A program made the position numbers and the translations under genes. Under the pieces are notes generated by a model. It did not search any database and was not told the DNA's origin. It saw only the letters and a list, made by a program, of their open reading frames with translations. From a virus (lineage: Duplodnaviria > Heunggongvirae > Uroviricota > Caudoviricetes), in IMG/VR virus record IMGVR_UViG_3300028603_000027, positions 64,001 through 87,321 of that record: DNA of 23,321 nucleotides; one strand, written 5' to 3'. Positions 1 through 8,980 of this stretch are shown here, one piece after another (position 1 is the stretch's first letter; each line of letters begins with the position of its first letter).

Positions 1-1
1 A

Positions 2-493
2 CGACATGGGCAGTGGGAAAGCTTTGTTCTTGAATGCTATGAAGATGACCCGTTTGGAGTGGAATACATAATTCCTCAAGACCCCGGCCCTGCCGCACAA
101 AGAGCAACACAGTTGTTTTGTAGAAGATTAGCTGAGTTGGGGATTGCTACAAAGAAAGAGAAAACCAACAAAAGCAAACTAGATAGATTCAGACCTTTTG
201 CTTCTGTTGCAGAGAATGGTGGAGTGTTTGTTCTGTCCAACTGTGGTTGGGACAAGGAAAACGATATTAAAAGCTCCAACGATTTCTATTATAAAGAATT
301 AGAAACTTTCACTGGAGAAAGGAAGAGAGGTGAATCAGGTCACGATGACTTGGTTGACTCCACTTCTACGGCCTTCACTGCGTTAGCTTCCAAGACAACT
401 TCCTTATCGGGAATTTCTAAAAATTTAATTGATATTAACACTAAATTTGCTGTAGGTAATCCGTTTAGGGGGATGTCTGCTTTTGGTGCATAG
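2..493 (+). CDS. terL: Terminase large subunit, C-terminal nuclease domain (5'-partial)
   Basis: Frame is open from base 2 (RHGQWESFVLECYEDDPFGVEYIIPQDPG...), so the start at 59 in the ORF track is not the real start. PQDPG and GHDDLVDS motifs are typical of TerL RNase-H-like nuclease domains. Lies directly upstream of the portal. Confidence 0.9.
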   Translation, partial: RHGQWESFVLECYEDDPFGVEYIIPQDPGPAAQRATQLFCRRLAELGIATKKEKTNKSKLDRFRPFASVAENGGVFVLSNCGWDKENDIKSSNDFYYKELETFTGERKRGESGHDDLVDSTSTAFTALASKTTSLSGISKNLIDINTKFAVGNPFRGMSAFGA

Positions 494-501
494 GAGAGAT
501 A

Positions 502-1983
502 ATGGCAGAAAAAGATGAAAAAGAAAATGTCTCCCTAGGGCGTGGAGACATTCCTGTTCTTCGTATTGAAAAAGGGAGAACATCTTATAACGGCTTGAAA
601 GCTTTAGCAGGGTTAATCGAGGAAGAATGTAATTGGGATTTAAAGTGGCCTGAATGTATAACCACTTATAAAGCCATGTTGAAAGACGCCACTATAGCAT
701 CTTCTTTGAACCTCATGGAGATGCAAATTGCTAAGGTGAATTGGAAAATAAAGATTCCCGAGGGACACGAAGAAGACCTTTGGGATAAAACAAAATTTGT
801 CGAGTCGTGCATGAATGATATGGAGCATAGCTGGACAGACTTTATTAGACAAGCAACTTCCTTTAATAGATTTGGATTTGCCCCTGTAGAGAAGGTTTAT
901 CGTAAACGTTCTAGAGGAACGGGGAGTCGCTATAACGATGGCCTCTACGGTATTAAAGAACTCCCTCTGATTACACAAGACAGTGTTGCAGGATGGGAGT
1001 GGGACGCAGCAGGCCGAAGATTAACAGGGTTACACCAATACAGAAATATTCCAAAGGGTAAAGATAACAAGGTTTACGAATATACCACTGATACACAGTT
1101 CATTCGTAGAGAAAAGTTCATGCTCTTTAGGGCAGACCCTGTAAAGGACAGCCCAATAGGTTCTTCCCCTCTTAATAATGTCTACATGGCATGGAGATAT
1201 AAAACAGAACTTGAGAGGCAAGAGTCCTTAGGTATTGCTACAGATGTGCGAGGGATGAAAGTGATTTATCTCCCTCCTCAATATATGTCAGCAACAGCCA
1301 CTGAAGAAGAAAAAGAAACCTACGAAGCGTTCCAAAGAGCTTTGGCACTAATGCATAGCGGGGAACAGAGTGGGATTATTCTTCCACGAATCTACGACGA
1401 CAGCGGAAAGCCGCTATTCGAGTTTGAAGTGAAGAGTGTCACTGGAACTGCAACATACGACGTTTCTGAAGTTATTGCTCGTTATCGCCGTGAGATTGTC
1501 ACTGGCCTTCTAACCCCTATGATGATTATTGGTCAAGACGGAAGTGGGAGTTTTGCACTTGCGGAGTCTCTTGAAAATATCACTGCAACTATCGTTGAAG
1601 CTAGATTGACTGAGATTAGGGATATTCTGAATCACGACTTGATTCCTCAATTGTTTGCAATCAACGGATGGTCTACAGAGCATCTACCTTACTTTGAGTT
1701 TGAAGAGGTTCAGAGAACAAATCTAAATGATTGGAGTAGTGCTATTCAGCGTATTGCTTCTAATGGTTTGATTAAATTAGATGCAGATACTATCAACACC
1801 ATTCATAGCAAACTCGGCTTAAACACAGCTTACGATGATATTGAGGTGAGTGTGGAAGACATTAGAGCTAATGCTACCAACTTCAAATCGAACTCTGGAG
1901 AGGGAATGGTAAGTCCTACAGGAGAAGGAACATCTACTTCTCCTAGTGCTGGAGATTCCAGTATAGCGAACAAGGAGAACTAA
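502..1983 (+). CDS. Portal protein
   Basis: 493 aa; RBS GGAG upstream; follows terL; motifs FGFAPVEKVY and GSGSFALAESLE plus a low-complexity S/G/T C-terminal tail, as in DUF935-like myovirus portals. Confidence 0.9.
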   Translation: MAEKDEKENVSLGRGDIPVLRIEKGRTSYNGLKALAGLIEEECNWDLKWPECITTYKAMLKDATIASSLNLMEMQIAKVNWKIKIPEGHEEDLWDKTKFVESCMNDMEHSWTDFIRQATSFNRFGFAPVEKVYRKRSRGTGSRYNDGLYGIKELPLITQDSVAGWEWDAAGRRLTGLHQYRNIPKGKDNKVYEYTTDTQFIRREKFMLFRADPVKDSPIGSSPLNNVYMAWRYKTELERQESLGIATDVRGMKVIYLPPQYMSATATEEEKETYEAFQRALALMHSGEQSGIILPRIYDDSGKPLFEFEVKSVTGTATYDVSEVIARYRREIVTGLLTPMMIIGQDGSGSFALAESLENITATIVEARLTEIRDILNHDLIPQLFAINGWSTEHLPYFEFEEVQRTNLNDWSSAIQRIASNGLIKLDADTINTIHSKLGLNTAYDDIEVSVEDIRANATNFKSNSGEGMVSPTGEGTSTSPSAGDSSIANKEN

Positions 1984-2465
1984 TGAGTTTAAAAGATGAT
2001 GTTATTTCCTTGCTGAAGAAATACGGAATTATCCAGAAGGAAGCCGAACAGCAAGAAGAAAGGATTTCCTATGAAGTAGTTTACGAACCCAACATCAAAG
2101 ACTCTCACGGACATTGGATGTCCATAGAAACTTTGGAAAAGGCGTGTGAAAACTTCAATGAAAACCTCAGGGAAGGGGTAGTTAAGGCTAATCTATTTCA
2201 TATTCAAGACACGGAAGATTTCACTGTTGAAGACACTTGGATTCAAAAAGAACTTGATGTTGTAGTGGAAGGAACAGACCAACCTATTAAGGCGGGAACT
2301 TGGATTGCTAAATTGAAATACCACAACGAAGATTTGTGGGAACTCAAAAAGGCAGGTGTTTTAGGTGGCGTTAGCATTGGTGCTATGGCACACCTAAACG
2401 AAGAGACAGGGGAACTTACCAATATATCCTTTGATGAGCCTCTAACGGAAGGAGAGGAAGAATAA
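1983..2465 (+). CDS. XkdF-like putative prohead serine protease
   Basis: 160 aa; YEVVYEPNIKDSHGHWMS, GTWIAKLK and GGVSIG match the PBSX XkdF-like protease pattern; TAATG overlap with the portal stop. Confidence 0.75.
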   Translation: MSLKDDVISLLKKYGIIQKEAEQQEERISYEVVYEPNIKDSHGHWMSIETLEKACENFNENLREGVVKANLFHIQDTEDFTVEDTWIQKELDVVVEGTDQPIKAGTWIAKLKYHNEDLWELKKAGVLGGVSIGAMAHLNEETGELTNISFDEPLTEGEEE

Positions 2466-3382
2466 TGGCTTTGGAAATTAAGAAAAAGAAAAGCCCACAT
2501 CTAGCTATGACCCATGAAATTCAAGGTGGAGCTAGTAATGGACGCAATCTTTCTTTGCTTATGAAAGCAGACGCAGAGATTGACGAAGATACAGCCAAAC
2601 TTATTGAGAAGGTATCAGGAGTGAAGGTACAAGTTACCAAAGCATCCTACGAGGCTCTTCGAGAGAAGCTTTCTGAGGCTGTAAAGAAATTCGAGTCTAA
2701 AGAATACGATTGGACTTGGGTAGTAGATTTTGATGAAAGCACTGTTGTTTTCTCAAATAATAGTGGAATCTTTTACGCAACATATACCGTAACTGGATTG
2801 GAAGTTGAAGTAGGGAATGAGGCCACTGAAGTTAGCCGTGTTGTTAGTTATGTTGAAGGAGAGAATAAAGTTATTTTATCGGACTCTCTTGAAGGTATTG
2901 ATAGCGGCGTCCGTAGTCTGATAGTTAAGTCGTTCGATTCCATTTCCAAGAACGAAAAGCTAGTAGATGTTTTTAAGTCTAAAAAAGGAAATCAAATGCA
3001 AGTAGAAATTGAAAAGGCCGTGGACGAAGCAACCAAAGTCCTAAAGGCAGACCTAGAAAATGCGCAAGCTCTTCTAAAGGAAGCTCAAGAACAAGTTGCT
3101 TCTTACGAGAAAGCTGCACAAGAACAAAAAGAAGCTTTCAGAAAGGCTGCAATTTCAGAAGCAGTGTCCGATGAAGCGCAAGTAGAAGCTCTCCTGAAGA
3201 GCACTGCTGTTCTTGATGATGAATCTTTCAGCACTGTTGTAGCTTCTTTGAAAGCTAAAGCTGAAGTTGTAGAAAACAGTGATCTTTTCCAAAAAACTTC
3301 GGATTCTGCACCAATTGAAAAGGCAGATGAAGTTCCTATGCACGTTCAAATTCTCCAAAAGCAATTTGGCGTAAAGCAATAA
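2465..3382 (+). CDS. Capsid scaffolding protein
   Basis: 305 aa; acidic, with an Ala/Glu/Lys-rich coiled-coil C-terminal half; sits between protease and decoration/MCP; TAATG coupling to the protease gene. Confidence 0.7.
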   Translation: MALEIKKKKSPHLAMTHEIQGGASNGRNLSLLMKADAEIDEDTAKLIEKVSGVKVQVTKASYEALREKLSEAVKKFESKEYDWTWVVDFDESTVVFSNNSGIFYATYTVTGLEVEVGNEATEVSRVVSYVEGENKVILSDSLEGIDSGVRSLIVKSFDSISKNEKLVDVFKSKKGNQMQVEIEKAVDEATKVLKADLENAQALLKEAQEQVASYEKAAQEQKEAFRKAAISEAVSDEAQVEALLKSTAVLDDESFSTVVASLKAKAEVVENSDLFQKTSDSAPIEKADEVPMHVQILQKQFGVKQ

Positions 3383-3414
3383 TTACAACAATACTTTAAG
3401 AAGGAAATATAAAC

Positions 3415-3843
3415 ATGCCTTTCGTAACCCTAAATCGTACAGACCTGTCCGATCTTGTTTACCACGAAGTTGACCCCTCCGTTGGTTATGCCCGTAGCGA
3501 GATTGTCGTTCAATTCGCCGGAACGCTCAATATCGGTACCCTGGTTTTCCGTGCTACCAGTGCTAGTGCTCTAGCTCCTTATGCCCCTGTTACCGCCGCA
3601 GGTCAACTCGTTAATACTAACGAATTTGCTGTTGTCTTCGGTGATAACTACGGTTGCAAGGAATCTTGGACTGTTACTGCTTCAGATACTGATCTTAATT
3701 CAGTTGCTTTTGTAGCTGGCCCTGTGTTCCTAAAGGACATGCTGATTCTTGAAAATCTAGGTTTTGAACCTACTGAAGTTCAGTATGCAACTATGAAGCA
3801 GCTTCTACAAAACCAAGGCATTGTTCTTGAGAAGACTCTTTAA
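3415..3843 (+). CDS. Head decoration (cement) protein
   Basis: 142 aa; immediately upstream of the MCP (lambda D-E-like order); strong RBS AAGGA; codon usage like the MCP. Confidence 0.7.
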   Translation: MPFVTLNRTDLSDLVYHEVDPSVGYARSEIVVQFAGTLNIGTLVFRATSASALAPYAPVTAAGQLVNTNEFAVVFGDNYGCKESWTVTASDTDLNSVAFVAGPVFLKDMLILENLGFEPTEVQYATMKQLLQNQGIVLEKTL

Positions 3844-3890
3844 TAGAACAACAATAATTTTTAAGACATCAATTAGCGGAGAATATATAA

Positions 3891-4937
3891 ATGCCTATTA
3901 CTAACAACCCACAAGCCTATGGCAAGGCAGTTGACCTATCTTCAGGTATCAACATTGTGCCTAACACATGGGGTCTTGTAAATCGTCTTGGCTTGTTTGA
4001 AAACAAGTATGGCCGACTGAAGACTATCATGGTTCCTCGCACCACTGAAGGCCAACACCTCCTGGAAGACCGTAATTGGGATGAGCGCAATCCTTCAATC
4101 GCGGGTGCAGCACGTGATTTCCTAACTCTGCCTGTACCTCACTACCCTGTTGACGATGCAATTACTCCTAACGATATTGACGCAAATATCGAATGGGAAG
4201 CTGCAATCAACGGTGGACTTGGCCTGGAAACTATTGAACAGAAACGTGCTGAGAAAATGAGCCGTATTCGTCGTGCTCATGCACTGACGCTTGAAATGGC
4301 TCGTATGCAAGTCATTAAAGACGGTACTGTTTACTCCCCACGTGGCACTGTTAACGTCAACTACTACACTGAATTCGGTATTAGCCGACAAGTGGTTTCT
4401 GTTGACCTAGACTCAACCACTGTTGCCCCTAACATTGCACTAGAGGGCGCTCTTGGTCAAATTCAGGACGATCTACAAACTGGAGATATTGTCACTGACT
4501 TTATCTGCCTGTGTTCGCCTGAGTTTTTCAGTGCTCTGACCAATAACGCTTTCATTGTTGAACGTTATTTCTACGTACAAAACAGCCAACAACAGCCTCT
4601 ACTGGTTGACCGTCTAACCGCTGGTGCTCCTCTAGACGCTCGTTTCCGTACTTTCGACTATGCAGGTATCCTGTTTGTTGAAGTGAGAGGAAGTGTTGCT
4701 GGTATTCCTTACGTAGCTCCTGATGATGCATATCTGTTCCCGCGTGGCACTCAGTCTTTCGAGACTTGGTTTGCACCTGCAAATCGTCTGTCCACTGTGA
4801 ACAAGACTGCACTTGAAAGCTACTACTTCGAGTACATCAACCGCAAGGATGACATCATTGAGATTATGTCAGAAACCAACTTCCTGAACGTTCTCAAGCG
4901 TCCTGATCTTATCCTCACCCTACGGAACGAAGCTTAA
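3891..4937 (+). CDS. Major capsid protein (HK97 fold, phage cap_E family)
   Basis: 348 aa; VPNTWGLVNRLGLF, PHYPVDDAITPNDI, TLEMARMQ and EIMSETNFL motifs; followed by an intrinsic terminator. Confidence 0.92.
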   Translation: MPITNNPQAYGKAVDLSSGINIVPNTWGLVNRLGLFENKYGRLKTIMVPRTTEGQHLLEDRNWDERNPSIAGAARDFLTLPVPHYPVDDAITPNDIDANIEWEAAINGGLGLETIEQKRAEKMSRIRRAHALTLEMARMQVIKDGTVYSPRGTVNVNYYTEFGISRQVVSVDLDSTTVAPNIALEGALGQIQDDLQTGDIVTDFICLCSPEFFSALTNNAFIVERYFYVQNSQQQPLLVDRLTAGAPLDARFRTFDYAGILFVEVRGSVAGIPYVAPDDAYLFPRGTQSFETWFAPANRLSTVNKTALESYYFEYINRKDDIIEIMSETNFLNVLKRPDLILTLRNEA

Positions 4938-4959
4938 TCTGTAGATGAGGGTGAATAAG

Positions 4960-4996
4960 AAGGGAAGGGAATTTCCCTTCCCTTTTATTTTCTTTT
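4960..4996 (+). terminator. Rho-independent terminator after the major capsid gene
   Basis: Perfect 11-bp stem AAGGGAAGGGA (4960-4970), loop ATT, TCCCTTCCCTT (4974-4984), then TTATTTTCTTTT. Confidence 0.88.
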
Positions 4997-5010
4997 AAAT
5001 AGGGGAATTT

Positions 5011-5499
5011 ATGGCTTTTGAAGATATTACACCAGAACAGGAAGCCAAGATCGCCCTGTTAAGAATAATGTTGGGCGATGTCGAAAGCAGTGTATTTTAC
5101 CCGATTCTGACAGATGAAGAATATTATTTAGTGTTAGAGCTAAATAATTGGAATGTTAAAAAAGCTGCAAGGCAGGCAGGATTTAGTATTGTCTTTTATC
5201 TTTCTCAAGTTAATTACAGGGAAAGGACAGGAGATATAGAAGTATGGAATAACGCTTCCATAGAGTATAGAAAAGCTCTACAAGATTTTCTGGATGAAAA
5301 CAGTTTAGCCAACTTACCTTTAGATTTAAAGCCTTGGGTGGGCGGTACTTCTGCAAAAGAAGTGTGCAAACTTATTCATGACCCTGAATATCTGAGACAT
5401 CCTCTGGCGAGTATTTCTCATTGTTCATCTTGGTGGACAAGAGTTAAAAATTACGATTGTTTGATAGAAGATAGACGTTGGGGGTGTGGCTGTGGCTAA
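5011..5499 (+). CDS. Head-tail adaptor protein
   Basis: 162 aa; first gene after the MCP; LRIMLGD, YRERTGDIEVW and PWVGGTS motifs resemble adaptors of this phage type. Confidence 0.65.
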   Translation: MAFEDITPEQEAKIALLRIMLGDVESSVFYPILTDEEYYLVLELNNWNVKKAARQAGFSIVFYLSQVNYRERTGDIEVWNNASIEYRKALQDFLDENSLANLPLDLKPWVGGTSAKEVCKLIHDPEYLRHPLASISHCSSWWTRVKNYDCLIEDRRWGCGCG

Positions 5500-5902
5500 T
5501 ATCTCTAGAAACTCCAATGCAAGACGATCAAGGCCAACATTTCAACTTACTAACGTTGTTGATATTGTAGTGAAAAGATATATCACAACAATGGTGAAAG
5601 GTAGGCCACAAGAAACAGAAATTCTACCTAATCCCACTATTGAAGGTAATGTTCAACCTGTCAAGTTTCAAGAGCTTATGCAGATGGCAGAAGCTGATAG
5701 AACTAGAGAGTGGATAAAGATTTATACAACAGACCATTTAGTGACAGCAGAAGAATCACAACAAACTGGTAATGCTGCGGATAAAGTGGTTTGGGAAGGT
5801 CATCTATATAAAGTAATGAAAGAAAAGCATTATGGAATGGGTGTCCTAGATCACCGGATGGTGTATTGCGCTCGTGAGCCTCTTTCAGCGAAAGGGTTGT
5901 AG
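5492..5902 (+). CDS. Head closure / head-completion protein
   Basis: ORF track starts at GTG 5486; GTG 5492 has a better-spaced GGGGTG SD. GNVQP, WIKIYT and WEGHLYKV pattern; position between adaptor and neck genes. Confidence 0.6.
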   Translation: MANISRNSNARRSRPTFQLTNVVDIVVKRYITTMVKGRPQETEILPNPTIEGNVQPVKFQELMQMAEADRTREWIKIYTTDHLVTAEESQQTGNAADKVVWEGHLYKVMKEKHYGMGVLDHRMVYCAREPLSAKGL

Positions 5903-5913
5903 GAGAAGATGAG

Positions 5914-6420
5914 ATGGGAATAACAACCAAAGTTAAGCTGAAAAAAGACGATAGGGTGTGGAAGCAGATGGCTAAAAACCTATCTAAAGGTGGAGACAAG
6001 ATTTCAAACATTGGTTGGGTGGAGCCGACAATGCATCCTTCTGGCGTCCCTGTAGCGCAAATCGCAAAGTGGAACGAAGAAGGACATATAAACGGAATGG
6101 GTAGTGCTATTCCCGGTTCTTACACACCCCCAAGACCTTATATGCGCTTAGGATTTCTTCCTAGAGCAAAGTTGTTACTCCCTTCTTTTACATCTCTGGC
6201 TCATCAAGTGGCAATGGGAAGTAGAACTTGGACAGATGTAAATAATCAAGTGGGCGTTACTTTAAAAAACGAACTTCAAGAAATTATAGAAGCGTGGAGT
6301 AGCCCTGCCAACAGCCCCGTAACCGTGAGATTAAAAGGTAAAAATGACCCTCTCATTGATACTGGATTTATGTTAGATACTGTTCAAAACAAAGTAACTA
6401 GAAGAGGAGCACAACAATAA
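5914..6420 (+). CDS. Neck / virion morphogenesis protein
   Basis: 168 aa; AQIAKWNEEG, PPRPYMR and KGKNDPLIDTG motifs typical of myovirus neck proteins; RBS AGGAG. Confidence 0.7.
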   Translation: MGITTKVKLKKDDRVWKQMAKNLSKGGDKISNIGWVEPTMHPSGVPVAQIAKWNEEGHINGMGSAIPGSYTPPRPYMRLGFLPRAKLLLPSFTSLAHQVAMGSRTWTDVNNQVGVTLKNELQEIIEAWSSPANSPVTVRLKGKNDPLIDTGFMLDTVQNKVTRRGAQQ

Positions 6421-6953
6421 TGAAGTCCTTCTCTGGTGGCTATTATGAGCCTTTACAAGACACTTTATATGATGGCATGAGGGCTATTTTAGATAGCCTG
6501 AATTACAACACTGTAGATGTTGTTTTTTCCAAAACAAATAGCATAGAATCTCTTAACACTTACTGCGTATTAGATATTTTACAAATAAAACAAGAAGGTA
6601 AGAGAGATGAGGGCAGCTTTATTGTTCCCGAAGGGGAGTGGCTAGAATTCAATACGCATTACAACATTTATCTGCAAGTTTCTGTTTTCGGAGATAAAGC
6701 AGGGGAAGTTGCTACCGCTCTGCATCATCATTTTAACAATAGAAGATGTTTTGAAGAGTTAGCTAAAAGGAATCTAGGTTTGTTAAAGAAAACAGACCTA
6801 AGAAGAAACCCACAATTACGAGAAACGAAGTGGGTAGATAGTTTTAACTTTGACACTAACCTTACATTTTCTATCTTCACAAAACAATCTTTTGATTGGG
6901 TCGAATACATTACTGTTAATGGTGAAGTATTCAAAGTACCTTACAAGGAGTAG
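6420..6953 (+). CDS. Tail completion / tail terminator protein
   Basis: 177 aa; directly upstream of the sheath gene; TAATG coupling; assignment mainly by synteny. Confidence 0.6.
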   Translation: MKSFSGGYYEPLQDTLYDGMRAILDSLNYNTVDVVFSKTNSIESLNTYCVLDILQIKQEGKRDEGSFIVPEGEWLEFNTHYNIYLQVSVFGDKAGEVATALHHHFNNRRCFEELAKRNLGLLKKTDLRRNPQLRETKWVDSFNFDTNLTFSIFTKQSFDWVEYITVNGEVFKVPYKE

Positions 6954-6987
6954 GGTAGTAATTTCTTTTTAAAAATAAGGAAAACAA

Positions 6988-8320
6988 ATGGCACAAATTG
7001 ATTCAATTGTACAAGTACAAATCACACGCCAAACTGCACAAGTGGATATTACGTCCTTTGATATTCCTCTACTCCTTGTAGAGATGGATGACAGTATTAC
7101 AGCATTTGCTAGTGACCGTGTAAAAACTTATACATCTTTAGAAGCTCTAGAAGCTGATCTTGGTAGCTCACATACAGGCTATGTAATGGCGACTAAACTG
7201 CTTGGTGGAGATGTTAAGCCCAACCAATTCAAGGTAGGCAAAGTAAACCGTCAAACTGGCGATGAGGAATCTTATGTAGAAGCCTTAAACGAAGCTATCG
7301 ACGCTGATGATACTTGGTATGCAGTAATTACCGAATCTCACCTAGACGATGATATTTTTGCAGTGGCAGGTGTAATTCAAGCTATGCGCAAATTGTACTT
7401 CACTTCAACATCTTCACAATTAGCTTACACTTCTGCACAAACTGTTGTTTACACTTCAACTGTACAGTATGACCTCAACGGTGCAGTTAATGGCGATACA
7501 GTTCAATTGACTATTGCAGGCGAAACTTACACATCTACATTTGATGGTGCCGATTGGGGCAACTTTATTGGGACTCCAACGCAAACCTTTGCAGGAGCTT
7601 TTGCTCTAAATGACGCAACTGGCCTACTGACGATCACCAATAATTTTGTAGATTTTGTTGTAACCGAAGCTGCGCAAGATGTTAATGGTGTTGTAGCTGT
7701 GGTGGATACTGAAGCAACAGACCCTATCGGTATGGATATTGGACAACGTTTGAAGCTTCGCAATATGACTCGCACTATTGTTATGTTCTCAAACACAGCA
7801 GACGCAGATTTCCCTGAAGCTGCTTGGGTGGGTGGAAATCTTCCATATACTCCGGGCAACATCACTTGGGAATACAAGTCTCTCCCTGGTGTTACTGTTT
7901 CTAGACTCACTGATACGCAAATCTTTATTCTGGAAAACAGAGGCTACAACTATTACATCCCTGTTAAGGGTGTGAACATTACCCGCAGAGGTAAGGTAGC
8001 TGAAGGTGAGTGTAGATACCATGCAGATTGTTGATTGGCTATATGCCCGTTTACAAGAACAAATTTTCTTCCGTCTTGTCAATACCCTAAAGATTCCGTT
8101 TACGGACGCAGGAGCAACAATGATCGAGAATGAAATCCGTTCTGTCTTGACGCAAGCTCAAGGTAATAACGCAATCGACACTTACACTGTTACCTCTCCA
8201 CGTGTACTAGCAATTCCTGAAATGCAACGCGCTCAAAGAGTAATGGGCGATTTCAAGTTTGTAGCTCGTTTAGCAGGTGCAGTTTCTATTGTCAGAATCG
8301 AGGGCATTGTACATTACTAA
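6988..8320 (+). CDS. Tail sheath protein (DUF3383-like), interrupted by a frame change near 8011
   Basis: ORF 6988-8034 carries the N-terminal and middle sheath motifs (FPEAAWVG, PGNITWEYKSLPGV, GKVAEGE). The overlapping ORF in the +1 frame continues the conserved C-terminus (VDTMQIVDWLYARLQE, KIPFTDAG, LAGAVSIVRIEG). Restoring 2 nt at 8011 gives one 444-aa protein. Confidence 0.85.
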
Positions 8321-8366
8321 TGTAGTGTACAAGCCTTTCAAGAATAATTTAACAAGGAATAGATAA

Positions 8367-8918
8367 ATGGAAGCATCTCACATTCTTGGAAGCTACAGCC
8401 CTGAGTCTGTGCTTGTTGTTCTATCTAACAACAAATTCACACACACTGTTTCGGGGTTTGTAGACGGAACTTTTATTAACATCACCAGAATCATTCCCCA
8501 CGCTACTTTGTACACTGGAGCAGATGCTTCAAACGTTCGTGTAGTGCGGGCCGTGAAAAACTGTGACGTTACTTTGACGCTACACCAGTCTAGCGAAACT
8601 AACGATGTTCTTTCCCAACTCTTGATTCTAGACGAAGCAAGTCGTTCAGGCGAAGACATCTTCTCAATCACGATTAAAGACCTTTCAGGTCGCACTGTTG
8701 CCTCTAGTGGTGGCGTGTTTATCGGTACATCTCCTGATATTGGGTTTGGTACTGAAGTGAGTGAAAGACCTTGGATTCTGCATGCAATTAATATGCAAAT
8801 CTTTGAAGGTGGTAACGGGAAGTTTACTACTCCTACTTGGGACACCGTAAACGAACTAGGTTTTACACCTAACGAAGTATGGAATCCAGCTAACGCAGGA
8901 TTTACTCCTGTTCCGTAA
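8367..8918 (+). CDS. Major tail tube protein (DUF3277-like)
   Basis: 183 aa; follows the sheath; SYSPESV N-terminal motif and TLTLHQSSETNDVL; strong RBS; followed by a terminator, as expected for the abundant tube subunit. Confidence 0.8.
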   Translation: MEASHILGSYSPESVLVVLSNNKFTHTVSGFVDGTFINITRIIPHATLYTGADASNVRVVRAVKNCDVTLTLHQSSETNDVLSQLLILDEASRSGEDIFSITIKDLSGRTVASSGGVFIGTSPDIGFGTEVSERPWILHAINMQIFEGGNGKFTTPTWDTVNELGFTPNEVWNPANAGFTPVP

Positions 8919-8921
8919 TAA

Positions 8922-8957
8922 GGGGGAAGGGGAGTAATCCCCTTCTTTCTTTTCTTT
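8922..8957 (+). terminator. Rho-independent terminator after the tail tube gene
   Basis: Stem GAAGGGGA (8926-8933), GTAA tetraloop, TCCCCTTC (8938-8945), extendable by G-U pairs, then TTTCTTTTCTTT. Confidence 0.85.
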
Positions 8958-8966
8958 GGAGTGTAT

Positions 8967-8980
8967 ATGGCTATGTTAGG
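8967..8980 (+). repeat. Left copy of 14-bp direct repeat flanking the homing endonuclease (relic gene start)
   Basis: ATGGCTATGTTAGG matches ATGGCTATTTTAGG at 9688-9701 at 13 of 14 positions; preceded by GGAG (8958-8961); opens a mini-ORF MAMLGLF* (8967-8990). Confidence 0.75.

Noticed and set aside
2981-2987. AAAAAAG slippery heptamer in the scaffold gene
   Set aside because: Out of phase with the reading frame (TCT AAA AAA GGA); better explained as part of the internal AAGGA SD.
8032-8034. Stop-codon reassignment (TGA read-through) explaining the sheath break and the absence of TGA stops
   Set aside because: The sheath continuation is in a different frame, so read-through would not restore it. 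No gene needs an in-frame TGA or TAG to be read, so the standard code fits.
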